Assembly (NCBI GenBank): GCA_029974835.1
Contig: JARKQN010000078.1
Coordinates: 11,172-75,171, forward strand
DNA: 64,000 nucleotides
Direction: 5' to 3'
Source: Bacteroidales bacterium
GTDB taxonomy: Bacteria > Bacteroidota > Bacteroidia > Bacteroidales > VadinHA17
A program made the position numbers and the translations under genes. Under the pieces are notes generated by a model. The model did no database searches. It was not told where the DNA came from and was given only the letters and a program-made list of their open reading frames with translations. The first letter of the stretch is position 1; each line of letters opens with the position of its first letter. Of this stretch, positions 1 through 7,853 are shown piece by piece.

Positions 1-302
1 AAAAAGCCTGAGATGGAGTCAAGATCACGGGAAGGGAGGTTTCGGACTTTCAGGAAATCAAAAAGATCTGTTACGGACAGGTAAAGATCATTGCCTTTTA
101 TCGCTGAAGGAATTTCCGTACCGCCGAATCCGGGGATTTCTACATAAATGAGTATTTCATCAAATTCTGTCTCTTCCTGTGCATGGAGCGTTGTGTTAAA
201 TAATGAAAACAGGAACGGAATGCACAACAGGGAAAGTACAGTTTTCCGCAGACGCAAAACTCCGAAGGTTAAAACACTGGAATCTGCATCTGCCCTGATC
301 AT
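1..302 (-). CDS. Secreted protein, N-terminal fragment only (the gene runs off the left edge). Possible outer-membrane partner of the DUF4402/chaperone operon.
   Basis: My own minus-strand translation from the ATG at 302-300 gives MIRADADSSVLTFGVLRLRKTVLSLLCIPFLFSLFNTTLHAQEETEFDEILIYVEIPGFGGTEIPSAIKGNDLYLSVTDLFDFLKVRNLPSRDLDSISGFF. The frame stays open to position 1. There is a signal-like hydrophobic segment. The gene lies 26 nt downstream of the 329..853 gene on the same strand. It is missing from the ORF track because it is truncated. Confidence 0.5.
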   Translation of the reverse strand, partial: MIRADADSSVLTFGVLRLRKTVLSLLCIPFLFSLFNTTLHAQEETEFDEILIYVEIPGFGGTEIPSAIKGNDLYLSVTDLFDFLKVRNLPSRDLDSISGF

Positions 303-328
303 ATCATTTTCCCACTATAGTTGAACGG

Positions 329-853
329 TTATTCCTGGATGAAAGTAATATTGAATGTCCCGGAGTAGTTTCCGGGCGGATTTGATGCCGGCGGCCCTAC
401 ACCCAGGCTACCCCCTATATAAAGCAGTAAGGGAACAGGCGGATCGGATGGTATGACAAAAGGTGATGCCGGGGATGAAGCCCCTAAGGTAAGCACCATG
501 GAGCCTCCTCCGGAACCCGGAAGCGTGACATCCGGCCCGTTGAGCACCGAAACTACGGTACCTGCATTTCCGGTTATTTCGATAAGTGCAGCAGAATATG
601 TGTAACCAAGACTTAAAAGGATTACATCACCGGTAGAGGCCCTGGTACCATCAGGGTTAATTGTAACTGACCCGCCCGATGATCCCATTGTGAATGCCCC
701 GAAGCTAAGCTGCTGGGAAGTTACGGTGACGGTAATAGGCCTTGGAGGAGGTTCCTGCCCGTAAGCCGGATAAAAGAATAACGATGAGAATACAACAGCC
801 TGTATTATCCTGCAAATCCGGTCACAAAACTCTTTTCGTCGGTAATTAATCAT
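329..853 (-). CDS. Small secreted DUF4402 / spore-coat-U-like (pilin-like) protein, paralogue C
   Basis: Signal peptide ending FFYPAYGQ. It shares the motifs (Q)LSFG near the N-terminus and GNYSGTFNITF at the C-terminus with the ORFs at 6573 and 7123. Its start overlaps the stop of the 1593-aa gene by 8 nt. Confidence 0.7.
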   Translation of the reverse strand: MINYRRKEFCDRICRIIQAVVFSSLFFYPAYGQEPPPRPITVTVTSQQLSFGAFTMGSSGGSVTINPDGTRASTGDVILLSLGYTYSAALIEITGNAGTVVSVLNGPDVTLPGSGGGSMVLTLGASSPASPFVIPSDPPVPLLLYIGGSLGVGPPASNPPGNYSGTFNITFIQE

Positions 854-3800
854 TCCCGGTAACTATAAATTTTACAATAAACCTGCGGCTTCCTGTTTCA
901 AGAACACCTAAATAAAAGCCCTGCTTAAGGTTCAGATCTGTCTCAAACCGGCAGGGGAGTGTGACTCTCCTGCTGAAAACACTCTGCCCGGCCATATTGA
1001 TTATCGAGAATGACCCTTTTTCAGACTTAACACTGCCGATTTCTGTAACAATAATACCATTCGACTCGTATACATTTAATTCAGGCTCCTTATTTACTGT
1101 CAGATTTTCAGCACCTGTAACTTCCGGGCCTATGTCAAGGTAAAACCTGTCTGTGTATTCATTTTTGGCCAGTGCAACAAGGTATCCCTGTTCCCCGTCG
1201 AGCCTGTGAGTTACGGAATTAACGGCATCAAAAAGAGAGATACCATTTGCCTTCGTCGATTCATCAGCCCCCGCAAGAGTGATTTCAATGGTTCCTGACC
1301 GATTGGTTTTAAGTCCCAGCGGTATCCGGATGTAAGGCTCTGTCATCGGCGGCAGGGCATTCACAGACAGCTTGTAATTGTCCGGCGTTACAGAATAAAG
1401 ATTTGGAACGCCGGGGTTGGTATTATACAGTTTGAGGCCGTCTGAGTATTTGTCAAAAAGCATGGATGCTTTTGTATCAAAATAGACCACCATCGGGTCG
1501 GCCGACAATGAGTCATCCGTAAATTGGGCCTTCAGCCGGAGATAATTCTCCGGACCGGATTTGCCCGATTTTGCGAAGGGCTGGGAGAAATTGTTTACCC
1601 GAACGTTGTTATTGCATGCAAGGGTGCCGGTAACAGGATAGGTTCCGTCGGAAACATGAACAAAGAATCCCTGCATCGATGGTATAATTCCCGATACGAT
1701 TCCGTCGCTTGAGATGCCGTTGATATACGTACTGTATGTACCTGTGTACTGATCGGTTACGCCGGCCTTAAAAAAATAGAGTGCATCATCAATATTGATC
1801 TTTGTCCATCCCGAAGGAGCATCCCAGTCTATGGGCGACGGGTAAGGATTACCTGCCAGATTGAATCCTTTTGTATATGGCTGGTTATGGTTATATAACG
1901 TAACTGAAAGCGCCCCGTTGTTAACTGTACCTGAAAGGTCGGCAGTGAAAGGCACTCCGCTCGTTCCGAACTGCGCCGAGAACCCCTGAAGGGGATTAAG
2001 TACGTTAGAGGGATTAATATAGCTTACCCAGCCTGAAGCTGCACGGCTTTCGTCATATCTGTAGAGCGAAGGGAAGGCAGAACCCAGATCAATGTCATCG
2101 GCAAGGTCGCCAACCTGGGTTGACTGAAAAGGCGAAGAAATATACTTATATCCGTAAGCCGAAGGAAGGTAGCGCTGCATGGTGACATTGCCTGAAATTG
2201 TTCCCGTTCCCGAACCATCAATAAGAGCCGTACCTGAGGCATCTGATAACAGAACAAGGTTTCCTGAAGTATTAAGCGGACCATGACATAGCACAATGCC
2301 CTTCACTCCAAGCTGCTGGTTATTCAGCGTCACGCCGTTGGTGCGGTAAACAGTAAGCCTGTTAATTATTGCGGGTTCCTGAAACAGGTTGTCGGGAAGG
2401 GTAAAAGCCGCTCCTCCGGTTACACCTGCCGTACCGAATGCCAGTGTTGCCGAAGGATTAAGCGACAGAGTACCGGCTGTTACTGAAACGGGGTTATCCG
2501 ACGCCAGAAAAGTAAGGTTGTTCGACCCGGTCGAAAACACTCCGTTTTCCAGCGAAAGTGTTCCGCTTATATTTATATCAGACGACAGAGTAACACCGCT
2601 GTTATTGTTTATTGTGAGATTATTGACAGTTGCCGGGAGTCCGTCACCGGTTACCTGGGAAGCAGTTCCGTTATATTCATAATTTGCGCTGCTGCTGTAC
2701 TGGCGGGTGGCCGTACGGATGCTGCCTGCCGGTGCGGAGGAGGTGATTCCGTCAGCCGACCCTGTAATAAGAGTAGCTCCGGGAGAAAGCACAAACGATC
2801 CGGTGCCTGAAATGGAATTTTCACCTGTTATTTCCAATGTCCCGTTAACAACCATGTCGTCGCCGGCTCCGTTTTCCAGGGTTACATCGGCACTGACTGT
2901 CAGCCTGGCACCCGGGTTCAGGGTCACTTCATCGATGCTGACGGGAGCGTTGATCGTTACAACATCCGGATTCCTCAGTGTAATAGTTCCGTTGGCCGAG
3001 TTGGGGGTTGCGGGAGCAGGTATCCATGAACCGCCGGCAAATACTTCCCATGTTGAGTTCTGGCTCCAAAGGCCGGTTGCCTTGCTCCTGAACTGGGAAA
3101 CCATCTGACCTATCTGAAAACTTCCGAGGTTTGCAAGGTTGGTAACTTCGAGGGTTGTGGATGTTTTTATTCCTGAGGAGGGATAGGACCATGCTCCTCC
3201 CGAGTACAGACCGGCAATAAAATAATTATAATCCGCCCCTGCATCTTTATCCGTTTCATTAAAACTGAAAGTGGCATCAATACCCGTATAGCCGGTAACG
3301 CCGTTATTAACCAGAGTCCAGTAACGGTTTACCGAAAGCGACGGATTAATGGCAGAAGAAGCTATGTTCGGGTGATCTCCCGATGCTGTTGTGGCAACTA
3401 TGTTGCCTGTTCCGTTGGTTGTGCCGCTGAAATTAAGTGTAACGGGAGCATATTGGGCGGCGTCTCCGATCTCAAATTTTATTGCAGCTGTAGCATCATC
3501 AATATCCATTTGCAGATTTCCGTTGACATACCTGCCGACACCTGCCCCTGTTATAGAGGCATCAACTCCCAGAGTCAGAGTATATGAGGCTGTGGTGAGT
3601 CTGCCGTTCAAAAAAGTAAGAAGGCTGTTGATGGTTCTGTTGTTGTTCAGGGTCACCCCTGCCGGGTTATCAATTATTACTCCTCCGCCTGCATTGAAAG
3701 CAGCCGGAAATTCGGGACCGGTTGTCTGTGAGGCTGATCCTCCGTAACGCAGGGATGCTGATGCACCATAAACGGGCGCCGCTGAGGCAGTGGCTGTGCC

Positions 3801-5627
3801 CTCAAGACTAAGGGTACCGTTTACGGTTGCCGGGGAGACGGATTTTACCCCGGAACCGGAGAGGGTAAGGTTTCCGTAAGAAGCATTAACGACTGTCTGG
3901 GCACCTGACAATCCGTAATTCACTGTTGAATTATCCTCGAATATTTTTCCGCCCGCGAATATGGTAACCGAGTTTACGTTATGATTGAGTATTCCGCCGT
4001 TATATATTTTAAAATCAGAGTTTGCCGAAAACGAGACCGGATATTGTTCGGTAAGGATGCCTCCGTTCTGTATTTCTACCACTGAGCGGGAACCGCTTAC
4101 TGACCAGCCGGAGGCTGTTGCCGTCATGTTATGGCCGTTTTGAATTATAAATTTTTGTCCGGGTGTTGAGAAGTCGGCCGGGTTGTATCCGTCGGAGGTT
4201 CTCCAGTTTGTCAACAGGGCGGGGTCGCCCGAGGTCTGGGAATAGAAAACAGGTGGAGCGTATGAGATTATTATTTGTCCGCCGGCGCCGTTTCCTCCTG
4301 CCACATTACCTTCGCCTGATCCGCCTCCGCCTCCGCCAGGCAGACTTCCCGCAAGGCCGGCCCCTGTTCCGCCATCGCCTCCTTTGCCTCCGCCTGAAGG
4401 AGCTGCTGCGGCAGTCACTGTTGCCCATGGGTCAGGTCCGGATACTCCGTCGGATGCTGTGCCTGCCGATGAGCCTCCCGGCCCGCCTCTGCCTGTATTA
4501 CTATTTCTTCCTCTCCCTCCATTGCCGCCGCTGTATTTAACATCTCCCACCGAGGCAGCTGCTGATCCGCCTGCTCCGCCTGCTCCGGGCAATCCGCCCG
4601 TGACCCTTAATCCTCCGCTTCCGCCTTTTGCCATAACCGTAGCAGCCGATCCGAACCAGGTATCGCCGCCGGCTGTTCCGTCAGAGCCGGAAGCACCTGT
4701 ACCGCCGGCTCCTATTACATATGAATAACTTGTACCGGGTATTACAGAGAGTGTTCTTCGGCTGTATGCCCCTCCTCCGCCGCCGCCGCCGCCATCAGCG
4801 GTAGAATTGTTTCCGCCACCGGCGCCTCCGCCACCCCAGCATTCAACTGTTATTGATGTCACCCCGGCCGGGACGGTAAAAGTTCCGCTGGAAGTGAATC
4901 TCTGACTGGGTGTCCATGAAACTACCACCAGTCCCTGAGCTCCGCTGCCGCCGGTACGGTTTGTATTGTTATTGACGTATGCTCCGCTGCCGCCGCCGCC
5001 ATAAATAAAGCCTGCTGATCCATTACCTCCCGTTGTCCTGCCTGTGGCGCCGTTACCGCCATATTCGGCTGTACCTGTACCTGCGGTTGTTCCGGAGGCA
5101 TTTCCTCCGGCACCTCCCGAGCCTGCGCCTCCTCCGCCGCCGCCGCTGGCTGTGGTGGTTCCGTTAGCGCCGCTGCCACCAGGAAAAACCACGTCACCGA
5201 TGCTTGCCGCAGCTGAACCGGTCCCGCCTGCTGCGGTACCGCCGTTTGGTGCTGCACCTCCGGCGCCTCCCTGAGCATAAACCAGTGAAGGATCTCCGAA
5301 CCACGAAGGCGCTCCTGTTGCCCCTGCCGACTGTGCACCCGCTGTTACTCCTCCAACCGTGACGGTATAGATTTCTCCTTCGTTTACACTGATCGTCTTC
5401 CTTGCATAGGCACCCCCTGCACCGCCACCGCCTCCCCGGGACCTGTTTGCAGTTGTGCCTCCCCCCGCTCCACCGGCACCCCAGCACTCCACAACAATGG
5501 AAGTCACCCCGGCGGGTACGGTAAAAGTTCCGCTGGAGGTGAAAGTCTGGCTTTGCCCGGAAAGATCAACGAGTAAACCGGATAAAATAACTAAGAGAAA
5601 TGATATTTTATATATTCTGAGGACCAA
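846..5627 (-). CDS. Giant glycine-rich surface protein with a T9SS C-terminal sorting domain
   Basis: N-terminal signal peptide (ISFLLVILSGLLVDLSGQ). Two tandem Gly-rich modules each begin FTSSGTFTVPAGVTSI.VECWG.GGAGGG (aa 29 and aa 244). The central region is long, T/S/N/G-rich and beta-helix-like. The last ~80 aa (FSIINMAGQSVFSRRVTL...GFYLGVLETGSRRFIVKFIV) fit the Por secretion tail pattern. Confidence 0.85.
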   Translation of the reverse strand: MVLRIYKISFLLVILSGLLVDLSGQSQTFTSSGTFTVPAGVTSIVVECWGAGGAGGGTTANRSRGGGGGAGGAYARKTISVNEGEIYTVTVGGVTAGAQSAGATGAPSWFGDPSLVYAQGGAGGAAPNGGTAAGGTGSAAASIGDVVFPGGSGANGTTTASGGGGGGAGSGGAGGNASGTTAGTGTAEYGGNGATGRTTGGNGSAGFIYGGGGSGAYVNNNTNRTGGSGAQGLVVVSWTPSQRFTSSGTFTVPAGVTSITVECWGGGGAGGGNNSTADGGGGGGGGAYSRRTLSVIPGTSYSYVIGAGGTGASGSDGTAGGDTWFGSAATVMAKGGSGGLRVTGGLPGAGGAGGSAAASVGDVKYSGGNGGRGRNSNTGRGGPGGSSAGTASDGVSGPDPWATVTAAAAPSGGGKGGDGGTGAGLAGSLPGGGGGGSGEGNVAGGNGAGGQIIISYAPPVFYSQTSGDPALLTNWRTSDGYNPADFSTPGQKFIIQNGHNMTATASGWSVSGSRSVVEIQNGGILTEQYPVSFSANSDFKIYNGGILNHNVNSVTIFAGGKIFEDNSTVNYGLSGAQTVVNASYGNLTLSGSGVKSVSPATVNGTLSLEGTATASAAPVYGASASLRYGGSASQTTGPEFPAAFNAGGGVIIDNPAGVTLNNNRTINSLLTFLNGRLTTASYTLTLGVDASITGAGVGRYVNGNLQMDIDDATAAIKFEIGDAAQYAPVTLNFSGTTNGTGNIVATTASGDHPNIASSAINPSLSVNRYWTLVNNGVTGYTGIDATFSFNETDKDAGADYNYFIAGLYSGGAWSYPSSGIKTSTTLEVTNLANLGSFQIGQMVSQFRSKATGLWSQNSTWEVFAGGSWIPAPATPNSANGTITLRNPDVVTINAPVSIDEVTLNPGARLTVSADVTLENGAGDDMVVNGTLEITGENSISGTGSFVLSPGATLITGSADGITSSAPAGSIRTATRQYSSSANYEYNGTASQVTGDGLPATVNNLTINNNSGVTLSSDINISGTLSLENGVFSTGSNNLTFLASDNPVSVTAGTLSLNPSATLAFGTAGVTGGAAFTLPDNLFQEPAIINRLTVYRTNGVTLNNQQLGVKGIVLCHGPLNTSGNLVLLSDASGTALIDGSGTGTISGNVTMQRYLPSAYGYKYISSPFQSTQVGDLADDIDLGSAFPSLYRYDESRAASGWVSYINPSNVLNPLQGFSAQFGTSGVPFTADLSGTVNNGALSVTLYNHNQPYTKGFNLAGNPYPSPIDWDAPSGWTKINIDDALYFFKAGVTDQYTGTYSTYINGISSDGIVSGIIPSMQGFFVHVSDGTYPVTGTLACNNNVRVNNFSQPFAKSGKSGPENYLRLKAQFTDDSLSADPMVVYFDTKASMLFDKYSDGLKLYNTNPGVPNLYSVTPDNYKLSVNALPPMTEPYIRIPLGLKTNRSGTIEITLAGADESTKANGISLFDAVNSVTHRLDGEQGYLVALAKNEYTDRFYLDIGPEVTGAENLTVNKEPELNVYESNGIIVTEIGSVKSEKGSFSIINMAGQSVFSRRVTLPCRFETDLNLKQGFYLGVLETGSRRFIVKFIVTGND

Positions 5628-5677
5628 ATGATATTAGTTATATAACCCGCCGTCCTGTTATTGTGAAAAAATGTTTT

Positions 5678-6550
5678 TTATTGTTTCAGCCGCAATTCGG
5701 CTTCAGCAAATTTCTGCGGTTTTGTATCCGAAGGAGCTGAATATGTAACCTTCAGTGTGCCGGATGAAAAATCCACTCCCTGGGTTTTATTTAGGATAAG
5801 CCTGAAATGCCTGACGGTATTTGGGGTATAAACGGCAAGACCATTTGCTATGCCCACTCTTGTTATTCTTCCATCAGGAGAAAGATGATCAACGGTTAAA
5901 TCTCCGTATACAGATGCATTACCTGTCCTGTTGAAAGTCATGCTGAGTATGAATTGTCCGTTCTGGTCGGTATCAAGCGACAGGTTTGTGATTTCGGTTT
6001 TTGCCGTCAGTTCTCCAACCCTTATTATAACCGGGATTGTAATGCCAAAAACCGGGGTAAGACGTACCGATATTGAGGTTGTATCTCTTTTTTCTTCCTT
6101 TTCGCCGGCCGGATTAATTTCGGGCACTGCCCTGAAGTAAAAATGCGACCTGTATTCACCGGTCTCAAGTTCGCCCGAACGAATCAGTTGCACTTTAACC
6201 ACCTGCGATTCATTAGGACCCAGCGTCACGGAACGAGGGAAAAACCTGATGAAGCGGTCGGCAAACTTCTGTCCGGGATCTGGCTCTGTTATCTCCTCAA
6301 AACCGCCGTTCTCAGTCATCCTAATCTGGATGATTGAAATAGCATAGGTAGCGCTGGTCTGGCCAGTGTTGGCCAGATTAAGGTCGAATGACCGTTTATT
6401 CCCTTCAAAAACCACCCTTCTGGGTGTAATCAGAAGGTTGCCCTGTGCCAATACCACCGGACCTGTCAGGAGAAAACAGGCAAGAATAAATAAAAATATT
6501 TTTTCGCCGGACTGCTGTCTGCCGGAAAACCTGAATAAATGCATTAACAT
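5678..6550 (-). CDS. PapD-like periplasmic pilus chaperone (putative)
   Basis: Signal peptide ending VVLAQG. The following LLITPRRVVFEGNKRSFDLNLANTG matches the first-strand pattern of chaperone-usher chaperones (PxR..v......l.l.N.g). The size fits two Ig-like domains. It sits between pilin-like genes. Confidence 0.6.
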   Translation of the reverse strand: MLMHLFRFSGRQQSGEKIFLFILACFLLTGPVVLAQGNLLITPRRVVFEGNKRSFDLNLANTGQTSATYAISIIQIRMTENGGFEEITEPDPGQKFADRFIRFFPRSVTLGPNESQVVKVQLIRSGELETGEYRSHFYFRAVPEINPAGEKEEKRDTTSISVRLTPVFGITIPVIIRVGELTAKTEITNLSLDTDQNGQFILSMTFNRTGNASVYGDLTVDHLSPDGRITRVGIANGLAVYTPNTVRHFRLILNKTQGVDFSSGTLKVTYSAPSDTKPQKFAEAELRLKQ

Positions 6551-6572
6551 GCTATCTTATATTTAATTAAAC

Positions 6573-7103
6573 TCAGTTAAAGTCGAAAGTAATGTTGAAA
6601 GTACCCGTATATATACCTACAGGGTTATCAACCAGTGTTCCGACTTTCAGCGTTGCACCCACATAAACCATCTGAAACCCGTTCTTTAACATTCCCGTTC
6701 CGTTACCTGCCGGGGGATATGATATAAAGTTATCGACCAGCATGGTTCTTGAACCGGAGTTATGGTTAAGTATCACGGGGTTCACGGGAAGGGAAACAGA
6801 AAAAGCTGCATCGGCATCGCCGCTAACATAAAATGATGCCGTGCTGTGAAGTCCTGATCCGGCAAAAACACTTCCCGTTACGGAAATGGTGTTCTGGGGT
6901 GTAATAATTATTTCCCCTCCCTGTGGTCCGGGTGAAAACTTTCCGAAATTCAGCTGTGAAACCTCGCTTGCCGAGAAAACAGGTATGACTTCGGCAAATA
7001 TGTGTGCCGTTACGCTGGCTGATGCCAGCGGCTGGGCAGCAGATTCACAAACTGCAGATAATGCCAACAGAAGGCTTAAAGCCGGTATATAAACCCTGGT
7101 CAT
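6573..7103 (-). CDS. Small secreted DUF4402 / spore-coat-U-like protein, paralogue B
   Basis: Signal peptide ending CESAAQ. Carries the QLNFGKF motif and the C-terminal GIYTGTFNITFDFN motif. Confidence 0.7.
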   Translation of the reverse strand: MTRVYIPALSLLLALSAVCESAAQPLASASVTAHIFAEVIPVFSASEVSQLNFGKFSPGPQGGEIIITPQNTISVTGSVFAGSGLHSTASFYVSGDADAAFSVSLPVNPVILNHNSGSRTMLVDNFISYPPAGNGTGMLKNGFQMVYVGATLKVGTLVDNPVGIYTGTFNITFDFN

Positions 7104-7122
7104 TATCCGTCATTAATTTATT

Positions 7123-7635
7123 TTAGTTATAATTTACCGTAACGGTAAATGGCGTACCTGAAACATATGTTCCTGCAGCCTGGCTGGCTGCAACGTTAAG
7201 GGTTGCTCCCACATTCAGGGTCTGGTTTCCGCTGCCGTCGAGGGTGCCGGTTGCATTTGGGTTGCTGGTCCATGTATCAACGGTCATGTTATTAGCACCT
7301 GATGTAATGGTGGTTGCCCCCGAAGGAAGAGTTATGGAATAGGTTGCATTGGCCTGACCGGAAACGCTGAATACAGCCTGCGATACTGTACCGGCTGATG
7401 CAGGAAGAGTAACGCCTCCCGTGGCCGAACGTGTGCCGGCAGGTGTAAGAACAACAGTACCGGGGGTTGCATTAACGGCAACATTACCGAAATTCATGTC
7501 GGTTGTTTTACTGATTGCAATAGGCGTAATAATGGTCGCTGTGGCTGTGGCTGTTGCACTGGCCTGTGAAAAAACATTCAGTGAAAACGCAGCAAAAAGA
7601 GTTGCTGCAGCAAGAAATTTTGAAATCTGTTTCAT
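7123..7635 (-). CDS. Small secreted DUF4402 / spore-coat-U-like protein, paralogue A (probable major subunit)
   Basis: I prefer the internal start MKQISKFLAAATLFAAFSLNVFSQA (Met35 of the tracked ORF 7123..7737). It gives a clean signal peptide and lies downstream of a promoter-like motif. Carries DMNFGNV and the C-terminal GTYVSGTPFTVTVNYN motif. Confidence 0.7.
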   Translation of the reverse strand: MKQISKFLAAATLFAAFSLNVFSQASATATATATIITPIAISKTTDMNFGNVAVNATPGTVVLTPAGTRSATGGVTLPASAGTVSQAVFSVSGQANATYSITLPSGATTITSGANNMTVDTWTSNPNATGTLDGSGNQTLNVGATLNVAASQAAGTYVSGTPFTVTVNYN

Positions 7636-7675
7636 TCTTATTTTAATGTTTAGGTTAATTGTTAAAAAATTTTGC

Positions 7676-7704
7676 CAAAAATAAGTTTTTAAGTTTTCCG
7701 CAAA
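7676..7704 (-). promoter_or_regulatory. Candidate Bacteroides-type promoter (-33 TTTG, -7 TATTTTTG) for the DUF4402 operon
   Basis: The minus strand reads cattTTTGcggaaaacttaaaaactTATTTTTGg. TTTG is at 7704-7701 and TAnnTTTG at 7683-7676, 17 nt apart. The motif is about 40 nt upstream of the ATG at 7635. Confidence 0.35.
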
Positions 7705-7853
7705 TGCGAAAATGTTAATTTTTATAAAAAAAGGCATTAAAAGATTTCGGGTTCTGTTAATTAATTAACAAATCCGGACAGTTTTCAACAATCCTGATTA
7801 ATATGAATCGTCTAAAGATTAAGATTGAAGGCAGCGAAGCTGCAGAAAAAGTT

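Noticed and set aside
4163-5487. Several plus- and minus-strand ORFs inside the giant gene (4163..4540, 4384..4728, 5044..5274, 4922..5338, 5194..5487). Some are strikingly proline- or arginine-rich.
   Set aside because: They are alternate-frame or antisense readings of a GGN/GCN-rich glycine-alanine coding region. Antisense CCN gives Pro runs. They lie wholly inside a 1593-aa ORF that has a signal peptide and a recognisable C-terminal domain.
846-5627. Whether the 1593-aa protein could itself be the missing usher.
   Set aside because: It has a T9SS C-terminal sorting domain, glycine-rich modules and beta-helix-like repeats. Nothing resembles an usher's plug-containing beta-barrel with periplasmic N- and C-terminal domains.
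7636-7737. Long N-terminal extensions in the ORF track: 7123..7737, 25248..26006, 37063..37839, 39039..40202, 40476..41312, 48407..49783 and 59264..59959.
   Set aside because: In each case an internal Met gives a canonical signal peptide or the conserved family N-terminus, and removes overlap with the upstream gene or promoter. The upstream residues look like translated AT-rich spacer.
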